Of a DNA stretch of 64,000 bases, positions 59,446 to 64,000 are shown piece by piece (within the stretch, counting starts at the first letter, position 1; each line of letters starts with the position of its first letter). Below the pieces are notes generated by a model that saw nothing but the letters and a program-made list of their open reading frames with translations, was not told the origin of the DNA and searched no databases. The position numbers were made by a program, and so were the translations under genes. This DNA comes from a virus (taxonomy: Duplodnaviria > Heunggongvirae > Uroviricota > Caudoviricetes): positions 130,948-194,947 of IMG/VR virus record IMGVR_UViG_3300021979_000001; one strand, 5' to 3'.

Positions 59446-60714
59446 ATGAGTGGTGATAAAAACTTGCACTGTTCGTTTTGTGGTGAAGACGCCAATAACG
59501 TTCGCAAACTGATTGCTGGACCAGACGTTTACATTTGTGACCAATGCGTAACCCTTTGTCACAATATTATTTCTAACGAAGAAAAAATTAATGTAAGCAA
59601 CCTGTCAACCGAAGGATTTGAACCATCCGTTCCATCCCCCCGTAAGATTCGTGAATTTCTAGATCAATATGTTATCGGCCAGGATATGGCAAAAATAGCG
59701 GTATCAGTTGCGGTTTATAACCACTATAAACGATTGGAAAACCCAGTCGTCAATGATATTGAAATTGACAAATCAAATATAATGGTGCTTGGCCCTACTG
59801 GTAGTGGTAAGACTCTTATCGCACAATCGATTGCCAGAATGCTTGATGTGCCCTTTATTATTGCGGATGCCACTACATTAACAGAATCCGGCTACGTTGG
59901 TGACGATGTTGAAAGTATTGTCACGCGGCTCTTACAATCATGTAATTACGATGTTACAAAAGCCCAACGGGGTATTGTCTATATTGACGAAATCGACAAA
60001 AAAGGCAAAAAAGGTTCTGCTTCCAACAACCGGGATGTTTCAGGGGAAGGCGTTCAACAAGCCCTACTCAAACTGATCGAAGGAACCGAAGTTTTTATTC
60101 CGCCCCAGGGACCAAAAAAAGGTGGTGAAATGATTAAGTTCAACACCAAAGATATTTTGTTCATCGTAGCAGGTGCATTCGTTGGTATTGATAAAATCAT
60201 CGAAAAAAGCATTAATAAATCAAGTGGTATCGGCTTTGGTGCAGAAAAAGTTGGCAAAATTAAAATGTCACATGATGAATTGTTACAAAACCTGGAACCA
60301 GATCATTTCGTTCAATTTGGTATTATTCCTGAATTGGTGGGGCGGCTACCCGTTTTTGCCCCATTGACCGAACTTGATGCCGATACCATGATACGTATTA
60401 TGACTGAACCAAAAAATGCAGTAACAAAACAATTCAAAGCAATGTTCGCTCTTGAAAATATCGAACTGGTTTTCGAGGACGATGCTCTTACCGCAATATC
60501 CCAACAAGCACAAAAACGTAAAACCGGGGCACGTGGTATTCGTAGTGTTATTGAAAAGCATTTAATGAAATTACAGTATAATCTTCCCGATCTTAAAGAA
60601 GATGGTGTCACCAAAATCGTGATCAATAAAAAAACAATTGATGATGGCGAAGAACCAAAATTAGTTTTTACCAAACCCAAGAAAACTAAAAAATCAGAAA
60701 CCCCATCAAAATAA
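59446..60714 (+). CDS. clpX: ATP-dependent Clp protease ATPase subunit
   Basis: CSFCG zinc finger, GPTGSGKT, GYVG, DEIDK, RDVSGEGVQQALLK, IGF loop. Confidence 0.97.
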   Translation: MSGDKNLHCSFCGEDANNVRKLIAGPDVYICDQCVTLCHNIISNEEKINVSNLSTEGFEPSVPSPRKIREFLDQYVIGQDMAKIAVSVAVYNHYKRLENPVVNDIEIDKSNIMVLGPTGSGKTLIAQSIARMLDVPFIIADATTLTESGYVGDDVESIVTRLLQSCNYDVTKAQRGIVYIDEIDKKGKKGSASNNRDVSGEGVQQALLKLIEGTEVFIPPQGPKKGGEMIKFNTKDILFIVAGAFVGIDKIIEKSINKSSGIGFGAEKVGKIKMSHDELLQNLEPDHFVQFGIIPELVGRLPVFAPLTELDADTMIRIMTEPKNAVTKQFKAMFALENIELVFEDDALTAISQQAQKRKTGARGIRSVIEKHLMKLQYNLPDLKEDGVTKIVINKKTIDDGEEPKLVFTKPKKTKKSETPSK

Positions 60715-60866
60715 AACGTAATCCCCGCTATACAACCAGGCGGGGATTATTTTTTGACCATAAATCAGATAATACAATCAGAAGTTTTAATAATTACATT
60801 ATAACTCCAATTTTGATAAATACCTGACAACTGTTTTATTATCATACGTTTAGGGAGAATTATTTG

Positions 60867-61427
60867 ATGTCCGATATGCGTCAATTAATTGATTTAGTCG
60901 AAGCACAGCCTCGGGCGGGTGCCAGAACGACTGCGAAAACAAAATCGATGGAATACGGGGATTTTACCCGAGAAGTGTTTTTAACGCATTTGAAAAAAAT
61001 TGCTAAAGAATTATTGGCAGTGAATGATTTGGGTAAAAAATATTCAATGACTATTCACGACAAAAACGTTTTAATCAATGGGTTCAACCCACTGATGAAA
61101 AGTGTCAAAACATCCCTGGCACAAGTAGAAAAAATGGTTAAAAATGCATCAATTCTACCAGAAGATGCAAACCATACCAGAAATGTATTATGGAGCGCAG
61201 AACAATATCGTGTTCATTTAGTCAGTATTAGGGATGATTTGCGCTTACGCTGGTATGGCATCGATAACCCGGAAGTTAAAAAGATGGTCAAAGACCTTTA
61301 TGATACCATCGTAGTTGTCGTTAACGATCTAACTAAACTTATCGATTTAATCGAAAACAAAGATACCAATAACAATGCCAAAAATAATAAAGGCAAAGGT
61401 ATGTTTGGGTTTCTCAAAGGACTGTGA
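60867..61427 (+). CDS. Putative virion-internal protein (leader MSDMRQLIDLVE)
   Basis: ATAAATA 60816-60822; GGGAG RBS. Confidence 0.65.
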   Translation: MSDMRQLIDLVEAQPRAGARTTAKTKSMEYGDFTREVFLTHLKKIAKELLAVNDLGKKYSMTIHDKNVLINGFNPLMKSVKTSLAQVEKMVKNASILPEDANHTRNVLWSAEQYRVHLVSIRDDLRLRWYGIDNPEVKKMVKDLYDTIVVVVNDLTKLIDLIENKDTNNNAKNNKGKGMFGFLKGL

Positions 61428-61837
61428 TTTCAAGCTGTTGGTCAATCTGTGTCACAATGCGAAAATACATTTTTTCAATTTCATACATATGTGCAAAAAA
61501 CTCGCCGACTGGTTTACTGGTCGGCAGTTTTGTTTCTGGATCAACGTCATCGCCGCTAAATGACTGGAAAAAATCAGTCTTATCAACAAACATGATAATA
61601 CACCCCCATATGATCCTATACGTATAGACAGTATGTATCGGTTAGTCAACTAAAATTTCGGGACCAGACCGTTATTTTCTAAATATTAGTGTATTGAAAT
61701 ATTGAAAAACAATAAAATAAGTCTATACCACATAAAATTCATCTTTTGGCCCATAATGAAAGATAACTATTAATGAATATTGCATATCATTTGTGTTTTC
61801 GATAATATTAAAATGTTTAATATTGGAGTTTCAAGAC

Positions 61838-62026
61838 ATGTCTAAACATTTTAATGATAACGGACGTAGTGGTATTTCGGTTTCTGTTCACAATGGTGAT
61901 CTTGAACAAGCAATTCAAGAATTGAACAAAAAATTAAAAAGTGACGGTATTATGAAACAATTGCGTGATCGCGAATATCATAAAACCAACGGACAAATGA
62001 AGCATGCCCGTAGAAAAAAGGAATAA
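61838..62026 (+). CDS. rpsU: Ribosomal protein bS21 homolog
   Basis: VSVHNGDLEQAIQELNKKL..GIMKQLRDREYH; GGAG RBS. Confidence 0.75.
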   Translation: MSKHFNDNGRSGISVSVHNGDLEQAIQELNKKLKSDGIMKQLRDREYHKTNGQMKHARRKKE

Positions 62027-62032
62027 TATGAG

Positions 62033-62374
62033 GTGCAAGAACCAGGATTTGTGTTGGATAGCGACATCGCCAGAAAAATCTGGCGGTCGCTTGTAATTTT
62101 CGAAGATGGCGAGCATTATTTGGTTGGCATCGATGGCGCTAAAGTTGAATTACCAAAATTTTCAACCAATCTGCCATCCGCGCAACGCATTATTTCATGG
62201 TTCCAGGCAAACGGGTTTGTCGTAAAAGCAACTCATGATCCGATTGCAAACGTATACCATGTGTGTTTTATTAAACCAACCAGCACAGATACCACAACCC
62301 AGTTTGCCACTGCACCAACGTTACCTCACGCAATTTGCATTGCGGCATTAACCGCATTAGATCGATATAAGTGA
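62033..62374 (+). CDS. Phage ABA-sandwich-like protein
   Basis: PKFSTNLPSA..APTLPHAICIAAL. Confidence 0.6.
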   Translation: MQEPGFVLDSDIARKIWRSLVIFEDGEHYLVGIDGAKVELPKFSTNLPSAQRIISWFQANGFVVKATHDPIANVYHVCFIKPTSTDTTTQFATAPTLPHAICIAALTALDRYK

Positions 62375-62461
62375 AAAATTATCGTTGACAATTATGCGAA
62401 ACATAATTATGTTCGCTCATAGAAAGAACGATGAACTTATTTTACATAAGGGGAAATATTC

Positions 62462-62650
62462 ATGACCACACATCGTTTTATTCAGATGCACAATCTTTTG
62501 GATACCCTTACATCCAAAGTTCGTCAGTGCCGTAACGCGGCAGAAAACCTGGCCCGAATTGGCAATAAAATCGGATCAGACCACTACACTCACCGTGCAG
62601 ATCGCTATGCGCGTGTTGCCGGTCTTTGCGAAAAACGACTTGAAATGTAA
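62462..62650 (+). CDS. Small hypothetical protein
   Basis: AAGGGG RBS; TTGACA promoter-like sequence upstream. Confidence 0.55.
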   Translation: MTTHRFIQMHNLLDTLTSKVRQCRNAAENLARIGNKIGSDHYTHRADRYARVAGLCEKRLEM

Positions 62651-62682
62651 TCCTGTTGTTTTTCGAAGATAAATAAAAATAT

Positions 62683-62756
62683 GCGGGTATAGCTCAATGG
62701 TAGAGCAGAAGCCTTCCAAGTTTAAGACGAGGGTTCGATTCCCTCTACCCGCTCCA
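62683..62756 (+). tRNA. tRNA-Gly (anticodon TCC)
   Basis: GCGGGTATAGCTCAATGGTAGAGC..CTTCCAA..GGTTCGATTCC..CCCGCTCCA; ATAAATA just upstream. Confidence 0.95.
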
Positions 62757-62977
62757 TCATCATATTTCATTAGGCATTACCATTAATACGCGGCGTATCA
62801 TTTTTTGTTGTGATACGCTATTTTTGTATGCACTATTTTAATGTCCTGTGGACCGCATTAACTATTGTGGCACCCAGACTATCGAGTAGTCATCATATGC
62901 GCTGTATGAGCAGAAAATATGCCCTGGCGGCGATGTTTTTAATAGTCATACCAAACGCCACCCAATTAAACAGAATA

Positions 62978-63988
62978 CTACGAACACAGCAAATGTATTA
63001 ACGTGGCGATTTCATTCGTTCGACACAAATATATGTGTCCAGAATTTTCAATAGGAACAATCACAACATCCGTATTATTCTGGTTATAACCATAACACAT
63101 TAACGGGCTTAGTTTGTTCGGTAATGACCCATCAATAATATATGGTATTGCAGGACCAGTTTCATGATAATAACTGCTAATCAGCATGCAATTTAAATAT
63201 TGTTGAATACGGGTTTCTTCATTATCAGTCAAATAAAATACATTATTAACATTGTCAAAAACACGCAATATACTATGTTCGTCGTAGTCATAACACGTGA
63301 TTGTATATGGAAAATCTTTAAATGTCACCATATCAGAATATTTGGTTTGTTCATCAATAGTGTTCATATTCTGATCATCATTGTGAAATACTAATGTTTC
63401 TAATTTGTTACGGGAATTCATATTTTTACAATATAATATATTATACATAAATTTATTAATTTGATTTGTTTGAAACCATCTATAAAACCCAATGTCAGAT
63501 GATTTGTATACTTTAATATCTTTTCCAACCAATATTGTATTTTTATGGTCGTTCTTAATTATTCCAAAATAATATTCATCCATAACATTAAGCGAACTAG
63601 CATAAAACATACTATTTGATAATTGGTTTTCCATAACGTAAATAAAATGTTCTTTTGACGAATAAGTGGTGATTTTATTACTACAAAATGGTTCAAGACC
63701 AGACAATGTTGCTTGAAGTTTTTTTATAATTTTCACTATTTTATTGGGAATTGCACCGAGGTCATTAGTTTCAATACATTTTTCGGTAACATTTTTTATA
63801 TCTAAAACAATATTACTTTTGTTAATAACTTGAGCAGAAGATATATTGATATAAAATTCATTGGTGATGCAAAAATACCCATTTTTGCTGTTTTTATCCC
63901 GCAACGCAATATTGATATAAATCATGAGTTGATCCTTAGAACAAGATAACCATTCATTCCTATACCGATTATCATCAAATTTCAACAA
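62978..63988 (-). CDS. Hypothetical protein (start uncertain, at window edge)
   Basis: 336 aa AT-rich ORF. Confidence 0.55.
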   Translation of the reverse strand: MLKFDDNRYRNEWLSCSKDQLMIYINIALRDKNSKNGYFCITNEFYINISSAQVINKSNIVLDIKNVTEKCIETNDLGAIPNKIVKIIKKLQATLSGLEPFCSNKITTYSSKEHFIYVMENQLSNSMFYASSLNVMDEYYFGIIKNDHKNTILVGKDIKVYKSSDIGFYRWFQTNQINKFMYNILYCKNMNSRNKLETLVFHNDDQNMNTIDEQTKYSDMVTFKDFPYTITCYDYDEHSILRVFDNVNNVFYLTDNEETRIQQYLNCMLISSYYHETGPAIPYIIDGSLPNKLSPLMCYGYNQNNTDVVIVPIENSGHIYLCRTNEIATLIHLLCS

Positions 63989-64000
63989 AACGCGACTACC

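Noticed and set aside
62576-62770. ORF on the - strand
   Set aside because: Antisense shadow of tRNA-Gly
1960-63394. Many short ORFs overlapping longer genes on the opposite strand or frame
   Set aside because: Shadow ORFs with no RBS or recognisable motifs
1-64000. Bacterial chromosome or prophage interpretation (clpX, clpP, thrS, ssrA present)
   Set aside because: These genes are scattered among orphans with T4-like late promoters and phage-type topoisomerase and ligases; no bacterial operon context or integrase
1-64000. Alternative genetic code (stop-codon reassignment)
   Set aside because: Conserved genes are full length in the standard code, and TAA, TAG and TGA all end plausible genes

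Overview
A 64 kb, AT-rich, gene-dense segment of what is almost certainly a jumbo myophage genome. Evidence: T4-like late promoter ATAAATA/TATAAATA before many genes, phage-type topoisomerase II subunits, Rnl1 RNA ligase, MoxR/VWA pair, SleB-type hydrolase, bS21, tRNAs and many orphan ORFs. A circularly permuted two-piece tmRNA (tag ANDNVASNMAVAA) points to an alphaproteobacterial host. The window encodes translation and proteostasis functions (tmRNA, ClpX, ClpP, ClpS, bS21, ThrRS without its editing domain, tRNA-Leu, tRNA-Gly, two RNA ligases), three radical SAM enzymes, and a solo TnpB flanked by structured RNA. Two candidate new systems stand out. (1) About ten dispersed, late-promoter-driven genes share a short N-terminal leader (M-K/R-x-x-D-L/I-x-E) resembling the T4 capsid-targeting sequence and carry toxin or modifier domains (YafQ-like RNase, ADP-ribosyltransferase-like, nucleotidyltransferase, GNAT, zincin), suggesting a virion-packaged, injected effector arsenal. 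(2) A small protein ending in -LRGG is paired with a Cys-motif protein, a possible phage ubiquitin-like conjugation pair. All assignments come from motifs recognised by eye; no database searches were run.
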